A stretch of DNA of 49,751 nucleotides, counting the filler, from Catajapyx aquilonaris (Eukaryota): NCBI GenBank assembly GCA_000934665.2. It is 2 parts of 2 records of this genome, joined end to end, with 100 filler letters (N's around TTAATTAATTAA, not from the genome) between each part and the next. Parts side by side here need not be neighbours in the genome. Positions count along the whole stretch, not along the records: positions 1 to 24,880 come from JYFJ02005464.1; 1 more part is not named here. The stretch is one strand, 5' to 3'. Position 1 is the stretch's first letter, and each line of letters begins with the position of its first letter. Shown piece after piece: positions 1 through 12,167 of this stretch. The position numbers and the translations under genes were made by a program. A model generated the notes under the pieces. That model ran no database searches and was not told the DNA's origin. It saw only the letters and a program-made list of their open reading frames with translations.

Positions 1-559
1 CCCGGTTTGCGACATAATGAGGCGTCCCGAATGTCGGGCCCGGAAATCTGGTCACCTTATGATATGAGCCTGCTGCGTAAAACCGCAATGCTATGAGCAC
101 CTGTGGATGAGTCTTCTGGAAGGGGTCCTGCCTCTCGTAAAAGCGCCGTGTCCGTGGTACTGCTCGTTCTTCCAATAATTCGGGGTAGAAGACTAACACC
201 AGCAGGTCGTCGTAGTCGTCGTCGTCTTCCCACCTTCGCTTCCTGGCACGACGTTCCAATGCCATCTCAACCCAACTACACTGGCAGCTGCCTCCCGCAG
301 TGACTTTAAGATGGCCGCCGGGTCTGCTCGCCACCGTCCGGGTCGTTCACGTGAGCCAGAGCAGCCGTCCGGCTCACTGCCGTCCGCATTGCGTGCAAAA
401 CGACCAAAATTCAATGAAGTGTGCGACCATGAGCGGGGGGAAGATGGGCTTGGCCTACGGGGGGCGCGAAACCAGCCGGCCAATCGTGACGAGGCGCAAT
501 GCCTCATTTTTACGTCACATCGGGTTGCTCACTTCCGTACGCTTGACCAAAATACAGCC

Positions 560-955
560 CTAAAAGGGTTCATTAGTTCCGTAGGGTTGGTGTGGCAGCT
601 GGCCAATGCCTATGAAGCATTCAAGTAGCCACAACGTTTATTATCACAAAACCACAGAAACGGAAGTCTCCATCTGGTTGAGGAACATGTGAGGAAATGA
701 CACATTCAACTACAGTAGGCCTACTTGTACCGGGAAGTTACGGAATCTATCTGAGGAAAATTCATTTACAAATCTTCAACGATGAATTTCAAAACTACGC
801 CACAATATCATCAATACAAAAGATTGTAGTACAACAACGTCTCTCTTATCCACATTTCCCAAACATCCATATGAAATGTTATAATTATGCTACTTGTACA
901 ATATATATAGGCTACCAATTTATGGAGTCCTTACAAACTAACCGTTTGGCCATCA
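560..955 (-). pseudogene. Degenerate ARH3-like gene relics (two fragments)
   Basis: ~560-625 resembles the copy-3 exon at ~8915-8985 (GGTT.ATT.GTTCCGTAGGGTTGGTG...GCCAATGCCT.TGAAG). ~750-955 resembles intron 2 and flanking exon ends of copies 1/2 (CTTATCCACATTTCCCAAACATCCAT, TTTATGGAGTCCT, AAACTAACCGTTTGGCCAT; compare 5995-6195 and 3251-3269). No intact ORF. Confidence 0.7.
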
Positions 956-1877
956 CGACACTCCAACACATATCTTATGGGTTGACAACCAGGCAATAAG
1001 ATTTGCCCTTCCTCATCAAAAAGCTGAAGCAGGAGATAAAGCACTAATGATAATAATAATATGAGCGTAGTATGCCGTTATGAAACATGGGGAAAATATT
1101 TTATTGATATAAATGCCAACTGTGCTTCTCAATAAGTGATGGAAAAAGTATGTGGTATGTTGAAAATCAATAGAATAATAAATGTAGAATAAATGTAATA
1201 ATACGAGGTAACACAAGAAAGCCAGATTCAAGAACTATAAAGAACAATAATAATTTAATGAGCCACAAAAAATATAAACCACGTTAACATTCCTAAAAAC
1301 CATTTTAAAGACTTCAGTGTTATTGTTGCAAGATGTACTACTATACAGTATGTGGTTAATTGGCTATAAGATTATGTAGAGCCTGCTTTTCCTACCTCTT
1401 CTGAATCGTAGTTGCTTCCAAATATCATTGCTTACAAAATAATAGTCAATATTTGGTCATGTGCTCTGTGTACAAAATCCTTACCCATTCTACCAACATT
1501 AGACACAAGAACGCAATTCTGCTATTGATATATCGTTCTCATCATAAGAATATCGCCTACATTAATTGACCACGTGAATTTTTTAATCTTAAAAATAGGG
1601 AAAAGACGAAAACAAACACAAACTCAATTTTTCCCCAGGTGTCGATCTTTGCATTAAACTGCCACAATCACATTTCATAATGATGCTAATTTGTTACTCT
1701 TTTATAATCGAAATAAGAAATTGCAATTAATGCTAAGGAACGTGGCTTATATACATAGCACCAAAATTCAGGCACTTTGAGACACGTCAGAGCAGAATAT
1801 ACACATAACACAGCAGACAGTTGGCCCTATTGTGATTAAATAACAGCATAACCATAATTTTTTATTTCTTTTAGAGC

Positions 1878-3645
1878 TCACATAACCATACATGAGCGCC
1901 CTGGAGACCGCTTTTTCCCCATTACAGCATCGAATAATTCGTCAGCCAACTTGACAGATGTACCCAACTCCTCGCAGTGTCTGTGGAGTGTCTTTGGGGT
2001 GGCTTCAAAGCCCAAGTGTGCACCAGCTATTGCACCTGCCATTGACCCAATGGTGTCCGTGTCTCCTCCAAGGGATATGGCGTACTGGACGCATCGCTGG
2101 AACTTATTGTCAGTCTGCAAAAAGTACAACAACAGACGTACAACCATTGTTAAAATCATAATAATGTGCAACTTGCCTTAATATTGGGGAGGCTTTCCTG
2201 AGCAGAAAGGACTGCGAATATTGCTATTGGCACTGAACCTAATGCCGTAACATCATTTCCCAAGTATTCCACTGCCAGTTTATCCACATGTCTCTCTGCA
2301 CATCTTTCGCTGGAGCTGATCTCCAGTAGTTCCTTCACTGTGTCTAGCTTCTTGGCATATGGATGAGACTTGCATGACTGCTCTGACTCCACATTCTCCA
2401 TTTTCTTCTTCAGATTGGACAGGAATTCACTTGCATTCAGGGGCTTGTTTGGGTCGGATTTCAATGCTTGATGGACAGCCAAGCACTACACAAACGAGGG
2501 GGAAAAACACTATGTATTTTAGCATCATTTGTTGAGTACATGATTTGAGTCTATTGTTGTGATAAGCGGGTAATATGGAGGGACCACTGTTTTATCCTTC
2601 AAAATATTAAGACATGCATAGCATTTCGATGCAAAACGATCTCTATTTTTGCAATAGACTCCAATATTATTCTATGGAATTGCGCATTCACATCCCACAC
2701 ACCGAATCCTCAAATTCACATTCTTTCTGAGTAACTTTGTGTTCATGAATGTTTGTTCACAAAAATTTTAAAGATAGAAAAATAAATATATTACCTGTAA
2801 AATTGCGCCATTGTACCCCAGCCTGTGAGTGTGTGTTATGAGGGTGGATGTTTTGGCTAGCTCAATCATTTTGTCCTCATTGTTTAATGCAAATAGTGCA
2901 ATAGGAGCAATTCGCATTGCACCACCATTGCCGTACGAGCCTGCTCCTCCAAATTGTAGCTTTGCAGGCCCAAATGGATCCTTCACTTTGGTTTCCTTTA
3001 GCTCATCAAACACATCCACAACATGATTACCGTAGCCTCGACGTGGGTCAGAGAAAAATTCCTTTACGAATCTGCAATGACGAGCACATGCAAATGCATA
3101 TTAGCTGATATTACAGTTCACCCATACCTTGCAATTATCTGCAATTGGTTTTAAACACTTTAAGAAGTACTTTTGCAACATCCTCACATTTTATATGACA
3201 AAGTGCACTTCCTGTCACACAATTATCGATCCACTCAATTCAGAGGCAGCAAACTAACCGTTTGGCCATATCCTTCGCATCAAAACCCCTCTTTGCCAGC
3301 AATGAACGTGCAATGGAGCGGGTCATTGCAGTGTCATCTGTGTACTCCTGCAATGGCTCTGCAAATAACAAAACATTTGAGACAACAGGTAAAAAAGAGA
3401 TGCCAGTCTGTATGCTCCGTACCTCTACTGTCAGGTCGGTTGAGCTTGTTGAAGTACTTGTTGAGCACTAAGTAGTCCACCAACTCCCACTTAAATTCGA
3501 AGAGATTTCCCAGGCAGTCTCCCATCAGGTCTCCGGCCAAGCAGCCCCTAAATTTATCAGCCAGGTACTCATCTATGTCCACTTGTGCATCATCAGAGTC
3601 TGTTGGCATCTCTTCAGATGTTGTTGGGTCACTGGACTCTGCCAT
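1878..3645 (-). CDS. ADPRHL2: ADP-ribosylhydrolase ARH3-like, copy 1 (subfamily A), ~381 aa
   Basis: Exons 3645-3423, 3358-3259, 3071-2795, 2485-2177, 2114-1878 splice to a continuous frame. Motifs KFRGCLAG..GDCLG..FE, YTDDTAMTR, GSYGNGGAMR, THTH..GYNGA.LQ and LGGDTDTIGSMAGAIAGA. Intron 4 has a GC donor. Orthology to ADPRHL2 versus the other copies is not established. Confidence 0.9.
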
Positions 3646-4959
3646 CTTCAAATGGAGTACAGACAAATACAGTTACGAGCACCAAGATTGGCAGGCGCAA
3701 GGCAAATCAGGGCAGTATTTTAGGGTCAGTGCTGTTAATCACATTCAGCCACAATAACACATCATTTCACATGAAAAGAAATGACCAATGGATTGACACA
3801 ACTGTACAACCTCACAGATGCAATGTACTGTACCAAAATGGTACAAAATATTGCACCACTGTAGTTTTGTGCATCCAGGAGTGGTAATAAACGACTAAAG
3901 CTTGCATCGTAAGAAGGAGAGGCGGAATTATATGGCATTAATTCACGTAGAACAAGTTCACTTCACCAGGGAACACAAAACAACGTGCGTATTTTGATCT
4001 TAGATTAAATTGTTGCACCAGTAACAACATACCTTCTTGGCTCGCTGGGATATTCCAGTATTTGTAAATATTATGTGGCAGCTAACAGTTCTCTGCCAGA
4101 AGCTTTGTTTACTGTGACATGTCCACTGCTGCATGTGAATGACGAATCAACATCCTGCATGTCTGTCACAATAGTATTGTTCGCTAAACACATGCCAGTA
4201 CCAGTAAGTATAATGATGATGAATGACATGTCAAAGTTGAGCATTGTCTGTTCAAGTTCCATAAAATTATATGGAGTTAATGTGCAGTGATATGAATTGA
4301 TATTTTAAAACTTACTTATATTATATTCAGCAAATACTAAATAATAATGAAGTAAATCTACATTGACATTTTAGCAAGGACAGTTTCTGAATGTCATTAA
4401 AAAAAAAGCAAATGATTGACACATGGTTGCTCAGTTAATACTATTCGGAGGACAAAGACACACAGTCATGTCGCTTAGCATATGGGCATTTTTATATACA
4501 GGCCAAAATGCCTGTAAAGTCGTTGTCCTCCTCCTCCCCCCCCCCCCTCGGGGTAAAGAATTTTTTTTAAAGAGAAATAAAAATAAAACAAGCCTGTAAA
4601 ATCTTCTGTATTTCATCATTGTTTATTTGAATGCAAAAAAATAGTGACAATAAACTTCTGACCAACAGGAACTAAATACAGGAAGTAAAACATTTACAGA
4701 CTGACATACACCGGCCAAAAGGTGTGTTTTGAATTTGGTACCAACAGTCAAAACTAGACTATTATTTTGCTAGATGTGTCCTTGGCACAGTAACTTTTGG
4801 TCTTACAGCAAAATAGATGACACTTATTTACTGAACAACAGAAAATGCTGCTAACAGTTGTCTTTGCTGTAAATATAAAGGAACAGCATAAAGACTTTCT
4901 TATCAATGAAGCAAAACAATCTTGTCTTTTACACTATAGCAAGGTTTTAAAATAAATCC

Positions 4960-6885
4960 TTACATAAGCTCACATGAGCGGCCCTTCCCCATCACGACAT
5001 GAAATAATTCGTCAGCCAACCACACAGATAAGCCCAGGTTCTCACAGTGTCTGCGGAGTGAGTTTGTGGTTGCTTCAAAGCCCAAGTGTGCACCAGCTAT
5101 TGCACCTGCCATTGACCCAATGGTGTCTGTGTCTCCTCCCAGGGATATGGCATACTGGATGCATCGCTGGAACTTATTGTCAGTCTGAAAAAATATAACA
5201 GCAGACATAAAACTGTGGTTAACGTCATAATAATGTGCAGTATACTTACCTCAATATTGGAAAGGCTTTTCTGAGCATGCAGGACTGCAAATATTGCAGT
5301 TGGCACTGAACCTAATGCTGTAATGTTATTTCCCAAGGAATCTACTGCAAGCTCATCCACATGTCTCCCATCATCCCTCTCACTGGAACTCATCTCCAGT
5401 AGTTCCTTCACTTTGTCTAGCTTCTTGGCATATGGACTTGGTCCCAAGGTCTCATCTTGAGGGAAGTTCTTCTCTGACTCTGATTCCAACTGATCAATTT
5501 TCTTCTTCAGGTAGGAGAGGAATTCAGTTGCATTCAAAGGCTCATGTGGGTTGAATTTCAATGCTTGATGGACAGCCAAGCACTGCACAAGAAAGAGGCA
5601 AAAGCATTCAAATTTTCAGTAACATTATTTTATTGAGTGCTTGAATTGACTCTAGCAAATCTCCCCATTAGTTTTTTTAAAAATGTATGTCTGTTCACAA
5701 GAGTCATATAAGGAAAGAAAAATAACACTAATTACCTGCAAAATTGCACCATTGTACCCATTCCTATGGGTGTGTGTTATGAGAGCAGATTTATGGGCAA
5801 TCTCAATTAGTTTGCCCTCATTTTTGTATGCAAATAGAGCAACAGGAGAAACTCCCATTGCACTACCGTTGCCATACGAGCCTGCTCCTCCAAACTGTGT
5901 ACTTGCAGGGCCATATGGGTCCTTCACTTTGGTTTCCTTCAGCGCCTCAAACACGTCCCCAACATGAGGGCCATAAGCTCGCATTCGATCGGAGTAAAAT
6001 TCATTTACCAACCTGCAATGATGAGCTTTCAAAGTATGTCACTATCGGTAAGTCATCAATACGAAATATTATTGCGGGAAATGAGAAACAAAATTCAGCA
6101 ACTTCTCCCTTATCCACATTTCCCAAACATCCATGTGATATAGTCATACAGAATACTGCTTTTATGGAGTCCTAGAAAACTAACCTTTCGGCCATGTCCT
6201 TTGCATCAAATCCCTTCTTTGCCACCAAGGAATGTGCAATGCAGCGGGTCATTACAGTGTCGTCTGTGTACCTCTTCAGTGACTCTGTAAATAGCAACAG
6301 GTGACGCAACAGGTGAAAATGAGATGCCTGCATGCATACTCCATACCTATGGTTTCAGACTGGTTGAGATGATAGAAGTACTCGTTGAGCACTGAGTAGT
6401 CTACCAGTTTGCACTTAACCAATTGGTTCCTAGTGTCCTAATATATATAGGACGGGCAGGAAAAAAATTATTTTTCGCAGTTATGATTATAAATCACAGA
6501 TTAATGGAGCTGATCCTCATCATCATGAAAATCTACTTTATTGAAGATACATCAAATTTCAGTGATTGCATCAGTCACAAATACAAGTTGAATGTTGGGA
6601 GAGGATGCCTTGTAACTTCTGTTATTTAAAATAATTTTACGCTGAACTATTTTTTTTCCATCTTAGTTTCTAATGCATGCCTTAAAAATATTATTAAAAT
6701 ATCATCAGTAGATCAACCTCAGGAACATGTGGGTTAAATTCAAATGGATGGCCAAGGCAGTCTCCCATCAGGGCTCCGACCAGGCAGCCCCTGAACTTGT
6801 CGGCCAGAGGGTCCATATTCACTGGTGGATCATCAAACTCCCTTGGCGTCTCTCCAAGTGTTGTGAGGTGACTGGATTCTGCCAT
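4960..6885 (-). CDS. ARH3-like copy 2 (subfamily A); exon 1 interrupted by an insertion, so either a pseudogene or rescued by splicing
   Basis: Exon 1 starts at ATG 6885, is interrupted at 6419-6737 and resumes to 6347. Then 6284-6185 (YTDDTVMTR), 6012-5736, 5582-5250 and 5184-4960 (GGDTDT), all GT-AG and in frame. Confidence 0.8.
6419..6733. mobile_element. TTAA-flanked 315-bp insertion (piggyBac-like non-autonomous element)
   Basis: TTAA at 6415-6418 and 6734-6737, with imperfect CC..GTTCCT inverted termini. Removing it restores PFEFKCKLVDY, colinear with copy 1 LFEFKWELVDY. Confidence 0.8.
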
Positions 6886-8289
6886 CTTCAAATGGAGTCC
6901 CAGGCAAAAAAAAAAAAAAATAGAGTCACCAGCACCATGGTTGACAAGCGCAAAAAAAAAATCAGGCGGTATTTTAAGCGCAGTACTATTGATCACATTG
7001 GGCCACAATAACAAACATCCCTTCAGATGACAAGAATACCCAAGTGATTGGTCTGTATGTACAGTACATTCACACAGACGCAATGGACCAAAATAATTAT
7101 ATTGAATTGTCGCACAGTGAGAACACTACTTATTGGCTCACTATGAGTGCCATTTCAGTACATGTATATGCCAAAAGGTCTCTGCAGTCTCTGCTCTAGA
7201 GCTGCATTAATATTATGTACCCGACACTACACACGGGTTTGGTGCTATAAATATATTAATAAATAACATTAATTATTTTCAAAATCTACATATGTAAGAC
7301 GAAGGTTCTTTGTTTTTTTGTTTGCAATGGCCACTGGATTTTGTTGGTGATTATCATGGAAACAGGCCGTGCGAAGAATGGGCTCCGCTTCTAGTATGCA
7401 TATTATAATACTATCTTGGTATTTGCGGAAAGTTTGCAACCCTACGGACTAAATAATATGGCAACAGGTAGAAACATCACATTCCTTGCTCTTGAGACTT
7501 TAAAATCTTTACCTCAGCAATGTAAGCATACTGTACCTCACACTAATGAATATATGGTGCCACTGTCCGCTGTTTTCAACTTCAAACCAGTACTATTGCA
7601 AATGCAAAAAACCGGTAGGAGTAGAGAAGAGAGGCACCGTCGCAGAAGGTGTGGGTGGAGGCTGTGTCTCAAACGCAGTAGGGAGGATGTATTGATTATT
7701 TGGGAGGGCACATAAAAAGCTGTAGAAGGATATCATACATCAACCTCCCCTGCAACACAATCGTGACTGTTAAATAAACATCCTGAACATCTGTCAGAAA
7801 ATTCAGAGCTATTGTTCACTAAACACACGCTAAGGTTGTATGGAGGAATTTCTCATGCAGAAAGAGTTTTAATGGGCACTCTCCCTGTTCCCATTGGTTT
7901 CTCAGGACTCGCACCTTCCCATCCGCAATCAAATTCCATGACCATTGGCCAGGCAATGGAGCAAGTCAGGTTTTGGAAAGAAAATAGCCTAAAAGGTCCC
8001 AGTGGACTTATCATGTATACATTATGTTCCACTGGAACTAAAAAATCTTTACACTCAACAGTAACCACACCTCACATTTACGAATATGGTGCCGGTGTAA
8101 GCTGTTATCTACTTCAAACCCTCACTATTGAAAATGAAAAAAATAAACAGCACATTCTGCTGCTTCCCAAGATTGCTACGTAGAAGAATATTTGGTTATA
8201 GAGCCATAGCAGTCTAGGCAGTGTACTGGCTCAAGAATATCTGATGGCTTGGCATTAACTGAATAATTAATAATAAAGAAACAGTTATG

Positions 8290-10397
8290 TTAATGTCCCT
8301 TCTTTCGAGCCACATGAAAGAGCTTGTCAGCCAAGGAAGACACGTCATCCAACTCCTCACAGTGGCGCAAAAACACAGCAGGGACTTCTTTCTCGCCAAA
8401 GCATGCGCCAGCAATAGACCCTGCCATTGCTGCAATTGTGTCGGTGTCACCTCCCAGCTCAATGGCATATCGAATGGCTCTCACCGCAGATGTCTCACCC
8501 TGAGGGTTTAAAAAAAGCAATATTACTGATTGTCCAAAACTTGTAATCAGAATGGTCACCTTGATCCCTGAGTCTGGAAGCTGTGCTCGTAGGAAGCAGT
8601 AGATGGCAGTCACCACAGATCGAAGGGCAGTTTCCTCATTTCCAAGGGATGAAATCACATGTGCTACATCAACAGAATTCCCTTTTTGCAGCAAAGATTG
8701 AGCTTTACGCAGCTGGGACACAAATGGCATTGCCCGGATTCTGGGAATTAATATTGATCACATCACAAACACTTTGCAATAATGTCAAAAAATACAAATA
8801 ATGAATCTCATAAGTTGTCAGTTCTGTTCAAAGGCACCAAATCAGGGTGTTGAACTTACTCATTGTCAGGACGTTCCACTGTCATCATGGCACTTATTAG
8901 GTCGGAAATAAATGTGTGAGGGTTAATTGGTTCCGTAGGGTTGGTGTTCAGAGCTTGGACAACAGCCAATGCCTGTGAAGTATTTAAAATGTTAAATTGT
9001 ACTTTTAAGATCTGCAAATCAGATGGATTCATCTGCTTGATACCTGATGGCACATATGCATTGTTACTCAAACTAAAATTGTCTAAATGAAAGTGAGATC
9101 TTATGTTATCATATGATGCACATTTAAAATGTCACTGTTTGTTAATCATCACATCCTTCTCCACTTTGAGTGTAGGAGTACAAAATGACACCAAACAATG
9201 TAAATTCTTCAATCATAAAGGTATTTCTGGTACTGTCCAATGAGGACCAGCTGTTACCTGCAGTATAGCGCCATTAATTCCATCCCGATGGGCATGAGTG
9301 ATGCGTGCACTGTCTGTCACTAGAGATTTCATCTCCTTAACATCTTCATGGTACAGGAGTGCCACAGGTGCTACTCTCATGGCACCACCATTGCCAAAGG
9401 AGCCACAGCCATTGAACTGCTCATGTGCCGGTTTGAATGGCTCGCTGCTGTCACTCCGTAGCTGGTGAAACACGGTCCTGACGTGAGCCCCGTACAGCCT
9501 ATTTGGTTGAGGTCGGAAGTAATCTTCAGCAAAGTTGGCTGCAACCTCTTCAGGAATCAGGGCACCGTTGTTTTTAACCAGAGACCAACCCAGTGTTCGG
9601 GTCATTGCAGTATCATCCGAGTAATGAAGAATGGTCACTAACATGCGAAAGTAAAAAGTTAAACATAGTGTGTTCAATTTACAATTGAGACAATGTGATC
9701 AAAAATAAATGTGGTCAGCATACAAGTGAAAGCCATTAAGTCAATTTTGTGTTATTTATATCACAATGTTACGTTTTTTCTGCTCTATCACACGCTGAAG
9801 TCAGTTTAGTCCTAAAGATGCATAATGAGTCAACAAGCCAAGATTTGGGTAGGAGGGATGGGTCTTGACTTGTATGTAAGCAAGTGCAAGGTCAAATCTT
9901 TGGTTTCGATTAAGTTTATATCAAAACTGTGTTTTTTTATTATTATTTATTTTTAACTTGGTCACTTTCACTTGTGTGCCGACAATATAATTATGATGTA
10001 TGGTAACAAGCAGCACCTATTAAATTGAATTTTATTATTTTTTAAAATTTCTTTTACCCCATGCTGGGCCATCAAGGTCCTTATTAAATTGAATTAAAAG
10101 TAACTAAATTAAATTATTAAACCTGCAGCTCAACACGATATCACATGATACATAAATACTTCCTCAGAAACATCTTGTACAGTTTATCTTCAAGGTTCAC
10201 CTTGAATCTTGAACACTGTAGTATAACAGGTGCATTATACCTTCTTGTTCTGGGTCCCCATAGGTAGCAAAAAAGCTGTCAATTTTTTCTTGAGCAGCAG
10301 CTGGACGCAACTCAAATGGGAATCCTAAACAATCCCCCAACAAAACTCCCATCAGACATCCTCGGAATTTTGAATGCAGCGTCTCTGCATCTGCCAT
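8290..10397 (-). CDS. ARH3-like copy 3 (subfamily B), ~346 aa
   Basis: Exons 10397-10241, 9637-9258, 8972-8860, 8740-8560, 8499-8290, GT-AG, continuous frame. Motifs KFRGCLMG..GDCLG.PFE, YSDDTAMTR, GSFGNGGAMR, THAH and GGDTDT. Confidence 0.9.
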
Positions 10398-10460
10398 GAT
10401 TTGCTTTGGTTCACCACTGCACTGGCACAACACCTTACAGGCTTACGCAATATTATTACT

Positions 10461-10560
10461 TGGACTTCCTTCTAGAGGGCCAGACCAGTTGGTTGGGTGG
10501 TGTGACTCAAGGTTGGTGTGACGACCCTGGAATAAATAAAAGCTTACAAACAAAAAAAAA
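10461..10560 (+). mobile_element. Short retroposed 3' fragment (AATAAA + A tail)
   Basis: ~100 bp ending AATAAATAAAAGCTTACAAACAAAAAAAAA, flanked by near-direct repeats CAATATTATTACT / CAATATTACTACT. Absent from the duplicated segment at ~12205-12220. Confidence 0.5.
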
Positions 10561-10963
10561 CAATATTACTACTTTGTAGTAACACGTAGTAATCAGTACC
10601 ACACCACCATCTTGTCAGGATATAACTTATCACTAAGGACGTTAGGCTACTTTTTAAAAAGAGGAAATTGTTTTGATAAGATAGGCTGTGAGGCTGTGAG
10701 GGTGCAGAGGTCTACTCCAATCATTGTTAATGGGGGTAATATATTGCTTCCATTTGCACTAGATGACTAGAAGAAATGTCCTATTCACTGAGGGCAAGGT
10801 TTCATTTTTTTAAACAGGCCATTCATACACTGTTTAAACACAGGATACAGGGACACAAAGGTTTACTACATGTCACATTTGGTTGTACAATACAAGAATT
10901 TATTGCATGTCTACTGTGCCATGACAGCTTTAGTAGGGTAACAGTTCTCACCAAAATCTGTTA

Positions 10964-12167
10964 TTATTTTTTCAAGGTGTTCCTTTGGGATATTTGAAAC
11001 AGCTCATCAGCCAGGCGACTTACGTCATCCAACTCTTCACAGTGTCTCAAAAGAACAGGAGGGACGCTTTTCTCTCCAAAGCAAGCTAGCCATGGTTCCA
11101 ATAGTGTCCGTGTCACCTCCCAGCTCAATGGCGCATCGGATTGCTCTCACCACCATGGTCTCACCCTGATTTTTTAAAAAATTAACGTTTAATATTTGAA
11201 TAATAATAATATATAATAATAATAATAACTGGGGTAGTGCTTTCACCCCCAACTGGGGGTATATCACACGTTCCTTTATTTTTGTTATTATTATTTTTAC
11301 AGTAGCTGGTGCAGGGACAAGGTAAGGATAGGAAGGGGGGACACTGGTGCATGTGCAATCTCTCATGTTGGGGGTCGTGTGCAGTCCCCCAGGGGGTCCG
11401 TTCGCCATAGATGGCCCCCCTAGATGCGGGTCAGAAACCCCCGACTGACCCGCATCTCCTCCAGGACAGGGAAAGGAGGGAAGCGGCTGTGGCCTATATT
11501 ACGGTACGATCCCGGAAATTATTCCTGGAGTGACCTTGGGAAACCACAGAAAACCAAGGTCAGGATCGCCGGCCTCCGGGATTCGAACCCAGGACCTCCC
11601 GATTAGCAGTCGGACACCATATCCACTACACCACTACTGCTTCGGTGTTTAATATTTGAATATTTATCACATGAGTAGAGGTTGAACCCACCTTGATCCC
11701 AGAGTCTAGTAAGGTTGCCCTCAGAAAGCAGTAGATGGCCGTGACAACCGATGTCGGAGCAGTTTCTCCATTTCCTAAAGTGTCGACCACTTGTTCTGCA
11801 TCTACACATTTGGCTTGTTGCAGCAGTTTGTCAGCTTCTTGCAGCAGTGACACGTACAAGGTTTTTGTTTGCCTGTTGAAGATTCAATGTCTCCATGTTA
11901 CCATGAAATTAGTACTGCCAAGTAAAATCACCGTAACAATAGGTGGAAATATAGACTGTCTAATAACGGTTTACACTCTACCTTGTAGCAGGCTGCTCAA
12001 GTTCCGTCATGGCGTCTATAGGGGTCCCCATAGGCAGCGAAAAAACTGTCAATTTTTTCTCGTGCAGTACATGGACTCAACTCAAATGGGAATCCTAAAC
12101 AATCTCCCAACAAGACGCCCAACATACATCCTCGGAATTTTGAATGCATCGCCCCAGATTCTGCCAT
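10964..12167 (-). pseudogene. Chimeric ARH3-like pseudogene, copy 4
   Basis: A copy-3-like exon 1 (MAESGAMHSKFRGC..GDP) is fused out of frame at ~12020 to the end of a copy-5-like exon 3. The SDDT/GNGG exon is absent, the last exon has a frameshifting deletion after TIGTMA, and the last intron holds a SINE. Confidence 0.85.
11203..11646 (-). mobile_element. tRNA-derived SINE
   Basis: The minus strand begins with an A box (TGGTGTAGTGG) and B box (GGTTCGAATCC) and ends in a (TTA)n tail. 16-bp TSD GTTTAATATTTGAATA at 11187-11202 and 11647-11662. Second copy at 26139-26568. Confidence 0.85.

Noticed and set aside
4071..4262. Signal-peptide-like ORF upstream of copy 1 (secreted isoform?)
   Set aside because: It stops at 4071 before the nearest donor-like site (~4032), and no in-frame link to the ARH exon or paralogous support was found.
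11575..11646. tRNA gene
   Set aside because: The A/B boxes are the head of a TSD-flanked SINE. No convincing acceptor stem, and the sequence continues into the SINE body.
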